A stretch of DNA of 64,000 nucleotides from Epiperipatus broadwayi (Eukaryota; Animalia; Onychophora), in contig JAQFVV010000001.1 in assembly GCA_028023455.1 (NCBI GenBank), positions 7,688,001-7,752,000 on the forward strand. The letters run 5' to 3'. Below are positions 24,709-37,340 of the stretch, one piece after another; the stretch's first letter is position 1, and each line of letters begins with the position of its first letter. The notes under the pieces were generated by a model that had not been told where the DNA came from, made no database searches, and was given only the letters and a program-made list of their open reading frames with translations. A program made the translations under genes and the position numbers.

Positions 24709-24727
24709 GCCGCACGTTGACGCGCCA
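24709..24727 (-). other. Primer-binding site related to tRNA-Lys(CUU)
   Basis: TGGCGCGTCAACGTGCGGC, 2 nt after the 5' LTR; the tRNA-Lys1,2 complement is TGGCGCCCAACGTGGGGC (imperfect match). Confidence 0.65.
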
Positions 24728-24729
24728 AA

Positions 24730-26614
24730 TGTAACCACCCACGGGACCGTGGCAACATCACTACCTACTCTAATCCTTGCTTGACGATTCCTTTTTTTGT
24801 TGGCACCCGCTGTGTTCTTCCGTCCGGGGATTACATGATGTTCTGCGACGATAATTTCTAACACCCATACACGTACGCTTTATTTATTTTATACATAGAT
24901 TCGAATCGAATCCCAGTAATAGGCGCCAGGAGAACTTTTAGAAGAGTCCGCCACGTATGTGCATAAGCCCACTCAATTATATCACAAAACATGCCCGTGC
25001 CTCGCTCCAGTCGGAAACATGAAACGAACACAGCCACAATTACCCTTCACACTACCTCCGTTATTATAATCATAGAAGGGCCCGCCCTACATCCCACAGA
25101 ACAAATTAATCCAACTTAACTTTAGTCTAAAAAGCATCACGACATAAGCATAAAATCAATAAAATCCCACCCCCAAAATATCAACTGCATTCAGCATAAA
25201 ATCAATAAAATCCCACCCCCAAAATATCAACTGCATTCATTTCCATACAAACAAACTTACGCTAAAGCATTCATTCCGATATATATAAATTTATGTTGAA
25301 ATTCCAAGCAATTAAATAACAAAAAAATTAGCTACATAAATATTTATTTAATCTGTTTAATAATGATTAACGCAGGTATGTGATCGGCAAGCCGAGACAA
25401 TTAACGGTAAACTTCAAATTACTTTGCACATATTATTTCAGACTGTTGATCAGTCGGCAAATTTATTAGGTAAAAAATTCTCGAACTGTTCATAAATGAT
25501 TAATATTAATTATACTGTTTTAGATTAATGTCTTTCTAATAGTTCTGGATATTAAAGTTATTTCTTTAAGTGCACAATTGAATATAACAAATTTTACGAT
25601 AGCTACCTGTGAAATGTAGAACGACTGTAATGGGATCCTGAGCGAAGATTATTCTTTAATGAGGTATTCCGGCGATTTGCGCGGTCTCCAAGCGAGCGTG
25701 GTCCTAATATGAGGTTCTCCGGTGGTATGAGCATCTTGATGGCAATCAGCTGGACTGGACGCGGAGGTCCGGCGGTCAAGCCGCGAATTCTATATTCAGC
25801 AACGCATGGCAGTTAGATTCATAACGTCTAATAAAAATCAAGTCTCTTAATAATTTCTCTAAAGAAGAGCACAACTGTCCTCTGAAAACGCTGTTCGGCC
25901 TTTTTGATCTTTGCCTTCACGCCCTCACACCTTGAATTTTTCTCCTCCAATCAATCCCATGCACCTGTGAGTCCCTTTATTTGATAAGTCCATCGCGTGT
26001 CAGCTCAACTCCGAGATTTCTGGGATTGTTGACATTAGTTTGGAATTTAACCGTTTTTCTTAGGTATTGTTTCTCTGGGGACAGAAATCTGAGTCGTACA
26101 ATAGCGGTGTACACTTTCTCACACCTCTGTTTCTAATTTTGGCTTGTTTTATCTCGGCGTACCAGCACATATCCTGCCTATTGTTTCAATTTCTAATTTT
26201 ACATTTACTAATTACGTTTGTACAAATTAATCTGAGATTGCTTGGAATTTCAGAACATATTGCTAATTAATTTAAATTATTTGATAAAAGTTAAACTTGC
26301 GTTCAATCATTCTTCTTTAATTAATCAAAAATGAATAAAAAAAAAACTACAACGACGGATTATAGATTTATTCTTAGCACACACACACAAAATAATAAAA
26401 TAACAACAATTTTTACTCTTTTTTTCAATAAATCTGACAGGTACTCTTATATAGCTGCGATCGGCTTTTAGAAACGGCTGTTCTTCGCTTATTATTAAAG
26501 CAAGACCGCTTTTATAAAAGTTTTGTCCCTGTCAGTTATTTCGTCCATTGATTATAGTTAAATATACCCCCCATACGCCTGGGTTTGAATACCATGTAAC
26601 GCTATTCCGTTACA
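24730..26614 (-). repeat. 5' LTR (1885 bp as assembled)
   Basis: TGTAAC...GTTACA; near-identical to the 3' LTR over 24730-25615, then many extra C/G bases. Confidence 0.93.
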
Positions 26615-27169
26615 ATATATATATAAATTCAGTAGAAAACAAAAAATTATTTAATTTGCTATATCTCATAATTAAATGCAGATAATAAATAAATACATAA
26701 TAGAATGGATTGCTTGGGAGTTCATAAAAGTTAGAATCTCAGAAGTTATAATGCTTTGGCTCTTTAAGCGGGTGTCCTGCGCGTCTTTATTTGATTGGTC
26801 AAAATGCTGTTTTCTTTTTTTAATGAAGTAAAAACTATAAGCATGACGTCAACAGAAATATGGCCATTTGATATAGTTTTAACGTAGCTTTCTAAAGAAG
26901 TCTTTAACAAAAAAATCAAATGAAATTTGAATTTTTTTATTAATTTTTTGTAACAGGCGCATTTAATGTTTTTTTTGATCAATTTTGTAATTTCCACGAA
27001 GCGATAAAGACAGAAAACTTTTATCGGCCTAAAAATACGGTTTTATCGGATTAAAAATACGCTGATTCACAAACAAGGCCTTCCATGGAGTCTAAACGTA
27101 ATTAAAGAACATCGGACTCGGTAAGTATACAATTTTAATTTTTTGAATATTTTAATTTTTTTTTTAATT

Positions 27170-27495
27170 ATTTGAAAAAATGATTTAATGTTTATTAATT
27201 TGTGTTTGTAGTAGTGTCTGTCTATATAAATTTATATTTATTTATGCTCATATGAATTCATATGTACAGTAATTTTATGTGTTCTAATGCACTTATTTTA
27301 TAAAAATAATGATTCTCAAAAGGTTTAATAATTTATTATTTGAAAAATGATTTATTGGGTTTGTATTGGTGTGTGTGTATATAAATTCTATATTTATTTA
27401 TGCTCATATGAATTTATATGTACAGTAATTTTGTGTGTTCTAATCCACTGATTTTATAAAAATAATGATTCTCAAAAAGTTTAATAATTTATTAT
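27170..27495. repeat. Two-copy tandem duplication (~160-170 bp)
   Basis: tttatgctcatatgaatt.atatgtacagtaattt..aatgattctcaaaa.gtttaataatttatta occurs twice; also 3 short atcactg.tgt.ca repeats at 27593-27660. Confidence 0.8.
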
Positions 27496-29629
27496 TTATT
27501 ATTATGTTTATATGGTATGTTTGTGTTTACAATTAATGATTTACAAAGCTAATAATCAAATGTACAGAAAGATTGGATATGCAGGCAAATAGTATCACTG
27601 GTGTGCATAAACATCACTGGTGTGCATAAAGAATATAAACATCACTGATGTACACAAAAAAATATAAAATGAAGAGATGAAACTAATTTTATCAGTGATA
27701 GAGACAATAACCTACAATTTCTAGTTTTAGATAGACAAGAAGCCAATTGCTATGATGACAAATACATATCTATCTTCTGGAAATGATTTGTTTTGTATCT
27801 TTTATTAGGATGAATCTTTTTATTATAGATGCCTTTGAGATTTGGTAACTTTTGGGGTACAAGATAAAAATGAATTCTTATGCGAATACTTTTGTAGATT
27901 TTGAAGCTATGGATTATCTCAGGTAAGACATATTATATATGGTTGAAAGATAATTTTGTGAGGAATACAAAGAAATTATCACTGAAGATGTAATTTAAAC
28001 TTAGTTAATGATGAATTAGAAATTATGAACAAATAATAAAGTAATAATTATGGTGGATGATGAAATTTCTTTTTTTCCTTATTTTTTAAATAGTAATCAC
28101 TATTTGTCTTAGCCTTATTGTTTTCCTTAGCTTTTCTAGTTTCTATCAATGTAAATTCTTTTGCTCTAACATAATTAAAACTGAAGTTATTGTGAAAATT
28201 GTGTCTCAGGTCAGTTTTTTAAAAAATTCAATATGGTGCCAGGAGAACTAAGCAGATAAGCTGCGATTTGTAGATCTTCACATGAAACAATGTGGGTATG
28301 AAAAGTGGAAAATTAAAAACGAAATATTTTCTATTTCCATATCAACAATATTTTGATTATGCAGTAATGAAATGCTATATATATATTAGCTTAAATAATG
28401 AGAAAGATTAAATTACTCTGTTAGGACATATTTTTGGTATACATTATATTAAGCATGCATTTTACAGCAAAAAAGGTTCAATATTTAGATTAAAATCAAA
28501 GATTTTTAAAAAGTTCACTTATAGGAATAACACAACCATTTATTAAAAAAAAAAAATATTAGTCTGATTGAGTTTTGGATTGGGCTAATTTTGATTATTT
28601 ATTGATTAGTTTAGCTTTATGCTTTTAATGTTTACATATATGATGATTTCAAACAATAGATATTAGCTTCATCATTACAAATAGTAAAATGTTTTATTTA
28701 TTTACAAATATTTTTATTATTAAAAAACAAGGAATCAAAAACAATTGGCCAGAAGTGAGTCTTGCATTATCAAAGTAGATATATTAAAATCAAATTTAAT
28801 CTGTATATTATTCCTTAATTCAAGATTGATAATAAGACATGAAGGACTTTAGTTAGTTGCTTAAATCATGAAAATTAATTCAAGTCTATAAATAAACTGC
28901 CTAATATCAGAGATATTGAAGAATCGTTTGACTGATTATAGCTGTAAATGATATAAATATACACACATATCAATTATAGTGAGGACTGGTATAATAAATT
29001 AATTGATTTCAGAAACTGTTATTTAAGCAATCATTATTGATTACATTGAAATACATATGTGGTCTAAAGTAAGACCCAAAACAACCACTTAAGCAGGATA
29101 AATAAAAAATACAAATCTAAAAATACATTTAAAACTAACTGTTGCACACATTACATAATTAGATTTTAATGAAAACTAAAGTTCCAGTTTTACTAAGTGT
29201 AAAATAAAAACATAAAAAAATATACACATTTAGTAAAAATTCAAACATTAATTTCTGAAGGTTTTCTTGCAAGATACATTCAGCAATGTTATTGTTTGCA
29301 TTAACACTCATCATGCTGTACAATTCAGTTTTTTCCTAACAGTAAAGTAAAACTGGCAATAAATATTTCCTTCATATGAATAACCCTTGTTGTAACAACT
29401 TAACAAAAAAAATCATTCAAATAAATGCTTAGTTATTATCTTACAAATGATTGCACCATTGACATTATTATCTGCCATTTACTTTTGATTAACTCATATT
29501 AACAAAAGAATTTCCATTTATTCAGTAATATTACAATATAAACTGCTTATTCACATAAATTCCTTTTGTAATTTTTTAATTCATATCTTTTTTTCCCTTG
29601 GTAAATGTGCAGATAATTGATTAAGCCAA

Positions 29630-30310
29630 TTTTACTGGCTCATGACTAAAATTGATATTTGTATGCACATGAAAAGAATAAAAAAAAAGCAAATAAGCTC
29701 ATAAAATGTGACAAAAAATATCTTTTAAAACTGACATTCTGAACTGTTATGTCAGCCAATGTATTCATTGATTTATCAATTCCATGCTTAGCAATTAGAT
29801 TTCAATGGCTTTGCAATTATTTTTTGTAAACATAAGAAAAGAAGTAAAAAAAAAAGAAAAAAAGTAAAAGATGAACAAATCATAGAAGAAAAACTAAATG
29901 CAATTAAATTCACCAAATGCAATAAATATTCATTCAAAGCTGATATTGTTTGGAAAATCTTGTGCACATTATTGCTACATCAACCAATGGTTTTATTAAA
30001 TTGATGATTTCATGTTTCGTACATAAAATTTCTACCATTTTTATCATAATTTGGCCTGGAATTTTTTTTAGGTGTATGAAAATAATGTAAAAAAAAAAAA
30101 CCAAGATGAACAAACTGCAGAAGAAAAACTAAATGCTCATAAAATGTGATTAACACAAGTTTGATATTTCATTTGAAGGTAAAACTCTCTTTAAAGTCTT
30201 ACACACATGATTGCCATATCAGCTAATAGCATTTGTCAAGTGATTCCATGTTTAGCACTTAAAATTCAGCCATTTTTATCATAATTTGGCATCAAAATTA
30301 TTTTTTTATG
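29630..30310. repeat. Degenerate tandem array, ~235-bp period, ~3 copies
   Basis: aagatgaacaaa..gaagaaaaactaaatgc at ~29867 and ~30103; ccatttttatcataatttggc and cataaaatgtga also recur. Confidence 0.55.
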
Positions 30311-31488
30311 ATAACATTAATTAACTTTCAAATTCTGCTTTAATGGCTAAAATTATAGTATACGCACTAGAAAATACTTTTTAAAGAAATATACGTATAA
30401 AATTTTCAACCATAGAAATAAGGAAAATAAGTGAAGTAAATTGATAACTAAGGCTTACATGATAAACACGCCTGCTATTCTAATGTTTGTTGTATATATT
30501 TGCATTTGTTAATTTAGTGAGGAAAAAGTCTTCATTGTATTATTTAATCAATTTATAAACTTTTGTTGTAACAGACCTCAGTGCAAGTCACTAACTTTAT
30601 TGGTTATCAAAGTCAACATTTATTTATTAAATACTTGTAACATACAAAAAAAAAAAAAACAAAAAAAACAATTCAACAATGCAATGTCTGAAAATTCAGT
30701 TAAGTATCGTATATATTTCAAACAAACAAAAAAAAACAACAACTATTAATTCAAATATAGGTTTTAAAACAGACTTCATAAAATTTTTTTTTTTAATCCA
30801 AAAAATTTAAAATAATTTTGTATAATTAATTCATATATTTAAAATATATAAGAATCTGTCAAATTAAAAATTGAAACTTCTAATGTTATATAACAGAAAT
30901 AAGAATTGTAAGTTATGACAGACTCACAGTATCAATTTGTGACTGGTAGCATTTAAGAACCAAAAAAAGTTCCATGAAATCCACACAATGATTTGAATTC
31001 TCAAAATTTATAATTCAGAAGTTGGCTTATAAAATAATATCTCATTTCATTCTACTTTCTAGAAGTAATTAGTTGACTAATGTGTATTACATATATGTCA
31101 AGTTAGTCGATGTCTTTAGAAATTAAAAAAATTTCATGTGTGTGGATGCATTCTTAGACCTACGCATGTTACTCATATATATTAAGGCTAAAAGAAAATT
31201 TAAATGCTTTTATTAAGTTTAATTTAAAAAAATATAAAATTACAACATTTTAAAAAATAAATAGTATTAAATATATATTTCAACTTAAAAAAAAGTTGGT
31301 AGAGACATCTTTTCTATTACCATTTCAAACTTATGAATCTTTATTTATATGCCTACAATTAAATCAAAAATTATAAATATATCTCATTATGTTTACATTT
31401 CTTTTACACAATACAAAATTAAAAATTAAATATTACAATAAAAATATATATTTATAAAATTTATAAAAGTAGTAATAAATATTAATAC

Positions 31489-31659
31489 TTTATCTTCATT
31501 TTCTCGATGAACGTTGGTTATTTCCATTTGATGAGCCCGTTTCAGTGAAGCAATTGCATTTTGAAGTTCATCATTAGTTTTTAAACAATCTTCATAATTA
31601 GACTGAACTTCAGCCATTTCACTGGAATGACATCCATTATCTACTTTTGCAGTTACAAG
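31489..31659 (-). CDS. KIF4: KIF4-like exon (LVTAKVDNG...MAEVQSNYED...RENEDK), phase 0/0
   Basis: ttttag acceptor, gtatta donor; 171 nt; overlaps ORF-track 31426..31617; joins to VLYLL in the next exon. Confidence 0.9.
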
Positions 31660-31736
31660 CTAAAAATTAAAAATCAAATTAGACATTTATAAAAAAGAAT
31701 TCTAATTAAACTGATTAATACAAACAAAAACTCAAC

Positions 31737-31816
31737 TGTCTCAAAAAGCCATTTGAGAGCACATTTTGCTTCAAGCATGCTCTGAACAGATTCCCAGCGA
31801 TGTTTTGCCTTTTCAT
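31737..31816 (-). CDS. KIF4: KIF4-like exon (D-EKAKHRWESVQSMLEAKCALKWLFET), phase 1/0
   Basis: tatcag acceptor, gttgag donor; 80 nt; EAKCALK motif. Confidence 0.93.
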
Positions 31817-32925
31817 CTGATAAAATAAAAGAATACTTATAATGCTTATTTCAACATTACCAAAAACATAACAGATCAATTAATGACATTATATAAACAG
31901 ATTATCATAAAGTAGGTTTTGTATTTTAAATAAATTAAAACTGTAATACCAGAATTTAGCAATTTTAGATAGGCAAGTTTTTTCACAAGATCCGTGCATC
32001 CTTTTCTTCTACATATATCAATTATCCACTTTCTTTTTAACAACAAATATTTAAATTTTTTCCAGTATATTTCTTCCTAATGGCATCAATTTATAAATTT
32101 TGTTTAGGTATGGAATCTTTAATATTCTATTATTTCAACGCAATGATATTTAGATTAATTAATAAAATTTTATATTAGCCATAAAATTAAATTACTTTAA
32201 ATGTTTTACCAATATCACAGCTAAATTCTGATATTTTTATTAAAATTTTATTTATAAACTCAATGTGCAATCATTTATCTTTTTTCTAGGCTTTAATTAT
32301 CTAGTGGTCTTCTTCAGAACTATAAATACAATACTTGGATAAAGAAAAGAAAAATTGGCATAAGGTGAGTAGATAAAATTCAATGGGATAAGGGTGTGTG
32401 TTTTTTTAAATTTTTTTCCTTTATTAATGCATAAAAATTGTTTGAAATACAAATTAAAAAATAAATAAATTTGGGGATCTATCAACCCCCACTTCTCCCC
32501 AAATCCACACTTTTGCAGAGAGAAAAAATTTTAAAAACAAAAACTCAAAGGTGATCATATGATAATGGCAAATAATCCCCTAAGTCAATCTGATGTGATG
32601 ATTTATGTTTGGAATCTTACCTTTAGGAAAAAATGGAGAAATCAGGAAGAACCTCAGGGATAGTATAGAAAATTTGTATTGACTGTTGTCTTTGTAGAAG
32701 GGCCTATATTGTTACAGCATTACCCTAAATTCAATACATGAATCAAAAGGTTCAGTTTCGATTCCTATGCTAATACTATTTACTGGTCAGGCTAGCAACA
32801 ACTGAAGAAGAGAGGAGAATACCATTTGAAACATATTGTATACTAACCTGCGTATTATTATTAACAGTTGATTATATTTAAAAGTTTAAATAAAGTTTGA
32901 ATTTTTCTAAAGACATTTAACAATT

Positions 32926-33158
32926 TGTTATGTATTGGGTTACGAGATGTCACAAAAGGTTAGCTGTGGAATGAACATTTTTAGTCACGAACTTGGGTAA
33001 TGGCGTCAAAACGTTTTTGGTTGGACTTACTAATTAAACCCGCTGTAACGAAGGTACATACAGCCACATATCAAATACAATTTAATGTATTGTATAAATA
33101 AATGTTAAATGTAAACAAACTGATTAGTATTTGTATTTGAATGGATGTGGACATAACA
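32926..33158 (+). repeat. Mag element 5' LTR
   Basis: 12 substitutions versus 37108-37340, no indels (by-eye alignment). Confidence 0.95.
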
Positions 33159-33165
33159 CAAATAT

Positions 33166-33179
33166 TGGTGACGAGGATG
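33166..33179 (+). other. PBS, tRNA-Ser(GCU)-type with one C>T change
   Basis: TGGTGACGAGGATG versus expected TGGCGACGAGGATG. Confidence 0.7.
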
Positions 33180-33339
33180 AGATATTAAACGAATGTGCAA
33201 ACAAGATCAACGCTGTGTAAAAAAAAAAATATATATATAAGGCAACTAGCATACGTAAATGTGCAATTCTTCTCACTTAAAAAAAAAAAACGCAAACGTT
33301 CAGATAAATTTTAGAATTGTCAACTTATTATACTACGTA

Positions 33340-34144
33340 ATGGATATTAAGCTCTCTCGCATCATTCGACATCGACTCACCACAACTGTAAGATACATAT
33401 GCGTCGCAAGTGGATTTTTTTTGCGAAGCGAATAACATAAATTCTGACGACAAAAAGCATGCAACTCTCCTTGCTGCATGTGATCTAAAAACATTAAGGA
33501 TTCTGCGCTCCCTTATATCTCAAGCATTGCCTCAGGAAAAATCATACCAAGACATCATTAAAATCCTAAAACAGTATTTTAACCCACAGCCATCCATCAT
33601 ATACCAGCGCTTTCAATTTCATCGCCGTTGGCAACGAGATGGAGAAAGTGTGAGCTCATTCTTGGCAGACCTCCGACATCTGACAGAGGATTGTGAATTT
33701 GGACCTTCACTTACAGAGTGTCTTCGGGACCAATTTGTCTGTGGACTTCACAATGAGGCAACACAATGCAAACTACTAACGGAAGAAAACTTAACCTTGG
33801 AAATGGCTGTTCAGCGTAGCTTAGCCGCGGAGGCAACATCAATACAGGTGCGTGAAATCCGTGCCACAAGCTCATCTACAACAACCGTAGACCTTATTCA
33901 ATGGAACAGACCAACAATTCACCGTAATAATCCTCTGCGGTCACTAACACCCTCTCAAACACAGGCGTTCAAAAGAAACAATGAAACCCCTTGGTCAGGA
34001 ACCACTCCTTGCAATGGATGTGATGGTCAGCATAACCGAGCGGAATGTCCTTTTAAAAGAACCAAATGCCATTTCTGTCAGAGAAATGGTACACCTACAG
34101 CGTGTTTGCCGAGCAAAGCAATGGAATACTCCAAGGACACCTAA
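33340..34144 (+). pseudogene. Mag-type gag remnant
   Basis: DFFCEAN..LRDQFVCGL..; knuckles CNGCDGQHNRAEC and CHFCQRNGTPTAC; stop and frameshift near the N terminus. Confidence 0.85.
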
Positions 34145-34264
34145 CTAGTGCATGACAATGACTGAATTGGAAGATGAAGTTGTAGATCACATCCACGAAG
34201 TGCACCACAATGGCTCGACACATAAAGCTATCCACATATATACATATACGGTAGAGAATGCAAA

Positions 34265-36900
34265 ATGGAAGTTGACTCAGACCCACAATATTCCATAATG
34301 TCATATGATACATTCACGGATGTATGTAAGGAACTGATACCTAAATTACAACCAGTTGATATCGTACTAAGAGACTTTCAACATCATGCAATAGCATTTA
34401 AAGGGCAATGCATAGTACCTATACAATATGGGAAGGACACATGCCACATACGATTGTTGGTAACAGAGAGCCCATGCACAAGTCTATTGGGCCGTGAATG
34501 GTTTAGACCTCTGGGCATTACACTATCAGGAGTTCATAGTATTACTGAACCATCCATCCAAGATGTCATTAGCAAGTATCCACATGTATTCAACCCATCA
34601 ATAGGAACTTATAAGGGGCCAGCCATTACCTCTTGCTATGAAAAATAAGTTAGATCTTGCATTACAGATACTGCTCCGGGAAGGAATCATTGAGCCAGAG
34701 AATAACCCAATATGGACAACACCGGTGGTACCGATCATCAAGCCTACAGGAGAAGTGAGATTATGCAGTGACTATAAGGTGACTGCCAACAAGGCTCTCC
34801 AGAATCACCCATACCCGATACTTGCAGTCCACCACCTTTTGGAATCTCTTCCACCTAGCTCTATTTTCGCGAAAATAGATTTGACCAAGGCTTATCTTCA
34901 ATTCCCAGTCGATGAGGCATCAGCAAATATACAAGCCATCATCAGTCATCAAGGAGCTTTTCATGTGAAATGCTTACAATATGGAATCTGTGTGGCACCT
35001 GAGATATTTCAATGTGTCATAGACAACTTGCTGGGAGACATCCCTGGAGTTTATCCATACTTTGATGATATTTTAATTTGTGCCATGTCGAAGAGTGACT
35101 TATGTGCAAAATTACACACAGTATTGGAAAGACTGTCATACAGTGGATTGAGGGCAAACAAGGAAAAATGTGTCTTCGGAGTAAACACTGTGGATTTCCT
35201 GGGATATAAAATTGATAATAAGGGCCTCCATCCATCACAAAGAAAAGTGGATGCAATTAGAAATGCCCAATCCCGAAGGAACAAAAGAGAACTAAAAGCA
35301 TTTCTAGGACTAAATAATTTCCTTCCGGGCCGAGCAACCATAGCCGAACCCCTGCATCGCTTACTACAAACAAACGTCCCATGGACTTAGACAATAGTGT
35401 ATTGGTGCCATTCAATCCTAACCAGGAGGTCCAGCTTACATGTGACGCTTCACCATTAGGAGTGGGGGCAGTACTAAGTACATGCTTGCCCAATGGATCA
35501 ATTGTCCCAGTTGCTTTCACCTCACACACCTTATCTAAAGCTGAAAGGAACTACACGCAAATAGACAGGGAAGCTTTGGCGATAATATTCGGAGTTAAAT
35601 GTTTCCATCATTTCCTCTTTGGAATCAAATTCAAAATAAATACAGATTATCAACCTCTGCTAGGCATATTTACTTCAGATAAGCCAACACCCATAGTATT
35701 ATTACCCAGAATGCAAAGATGGGCACACACACTAAATGCTTATTCTTTTAAGCTGGAATACAAACCAGGAAGATTAGCAGATGCCCACTTCCATCAACCG
35801 AAGATGAAGGCCCTAAATTTGGTGGTGCCCTGTTTTTGGAAATATTGGAGTTTTCCCCCTGTGACGGCAGAACAAGTGGCACAAGCGACACGCAGAGACT
35901 TTTTGTTAGCAACTGTAAAAAACTATATTCTCATCATTTGGCCAAACAAAGCCACAGACATGAAACTGCAACCTTTTTTTAATAGACATAATGAACTCTC
36001 TACACACAAGAATTGTCTGCTGTAGGGGTCTCGTGTCATCATACCTTCATCACTATAAAAATTCATTCTAAATGAACTTCACATGGGTCACTCAGGCATT
36101 GTAAGAACTAAGGCATTGGCAAGGTCATATGTATGGTGGCTGTCGATGGACCAAGACATAGAACATCTTGTGGGAAAATGCATGCATTGCCAAGTCGTAA
36201 GGCATGCATGTCCCCGTGCTCCAACTCACCACTGGGAGGCACCATGGTCTTGATTGCACTTGGATTTTGCAGGCCCCATCGATGGACAGATGCTCCTCAT
36301 TGTTGTGGATGCATACTCAAAGTGGGTAGAGGTGCGGAGAATGCAAACAATGACTTCAAGTGCAACAGTTGCAGCACTGCGAGAATTATTTTCCACCCAC
36401 GGAATACCAGAATGTGTGGTATCCGATAATGGACCACAATCCACATCATCAGAATTTTCGACATTCCTCGTCAGTAACGGAGTCCAACACGCACGTGTCG
36501 CACCCTACCACCCGACAAGTAATGGTCTTGCGGAGAGGGCCGTACAGTCAGTAAAAGAGAGCCTGAGACGTGACACACGTGGAAATTGAAACCAGCATCT
36601 AGCTCGATACCTATTAACTGAACACGTCTCACCATCTACAGTCACAGGATTAAGTCCAGCTGAAATGCTTTTCAACAGACGTCTTCGTACATGCTTGGAT
36701 TTCATACATCCGGATAGAGCCACACCAAATACACAGAGAATATGTGAATTTCAACCAGATGATGCAGTTTTTGCACGAGCCACCAGTAGGGGCTCCCCTT
36801 GGACTTCTGCCACAGTAGAACAGTGAACAGGCAACTTGTCATATGAAGTTCGGATGGACTCAGGGGTGCAACGCAAGCACATAGATCAATTGTGAGCAAG
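34265..36900 (+). pseudogene. Mag-type pol remnant (PR, RT, RNase H, IN) with stops, frameshifts and small deletions
   Basis: EVDSD (decayed DSG), YFDD, CDASPLGVGA, YTQIDREAL, HMGH, HLDFAGP, DNGPQ, SNGLAERAVQ spread over several frames. Confidence 0.92.
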
Positions 36901-37094
36901 AGTGATTGTCACTGACCAATCAGCTCAACTTCGGCAGAGGAACTGATTGATGCTTCAAAAACACTACCTTTAGCGGCAGCAGAAACCACAGACAACACCA
37001 ACCCAGCACTTCTCTGTCAACCATCTCCAAAACCATACAAGGAGCACCCTTCACAGTCAACGTCCGGCGTATTTCGAGGACTACAAAGTCTGAT

Positions 37095-37107
37095 AAGCGG
37101 GAAGGGG
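37095..37107 (+). other. Polypurine tract of the Mag element
   Basis: AAGCGGGAAGGGG abutting the 3' LTR. Confidence 0.8.
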
Positions 37108-37340
37108 TGTTATGTATTGGGTTACGAGACATCACAAAAGATTAGCTGTGGGATGAACATTTTTAGTCACGAACTTGAGTAATGGCGTCAACACGTTTTT
37201 GGTTGGACTTACTAATTAAACCCGCTGTAACGAAGGTATGTATAGCCACATATCAAATATAATTTAATGTATTGTATAAATAAATGTTAAGTGTAAACAA
37301 ACTGATTAGTATTTGTATTTAAATGGATGTGGACATAACA
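37108..37340 (+). repeat. Mag element 3' LTR
   Basis: Direct repeat of 32926-33158. Confidence 0.95.

Larger units (their letters stand above)
18398..26614 (-). mobile_element. Full-length Ty3/Gypsy LTR retrotransposon (long-LTR, Osvaldo/Ulysses-like by inference), in a KIF4 intron, sense to host
   Basis: Two ~1.8-kb LTRs, PBS, PPT, intact Gag-Pol in PR-RT-RH-IN order, 4-bp TSD ATAT (18394-18397 and 26615-26618). Confidence 0.96.
32926..37340 (+). mobile_element. Decayed Ty3/Gypsy element, Mag clade, in a KIF4 intron, antisense to host
   Basis: 233-bp LTRs TGTTA...TAACA; TSD AATT (32922-32925 and 37341-37344); PBS and PPT; double CCHC-type knuckle in Gag; broken PR-RT-RH-IN. Confidence 0.95.

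Noticed and set aside
24598-24864. 88-aa ORF starting in the 5' LTR and crossing the PBS
   Set aside because: Spans non-coding cis-elements; no homology evident; probably a chance ORF.
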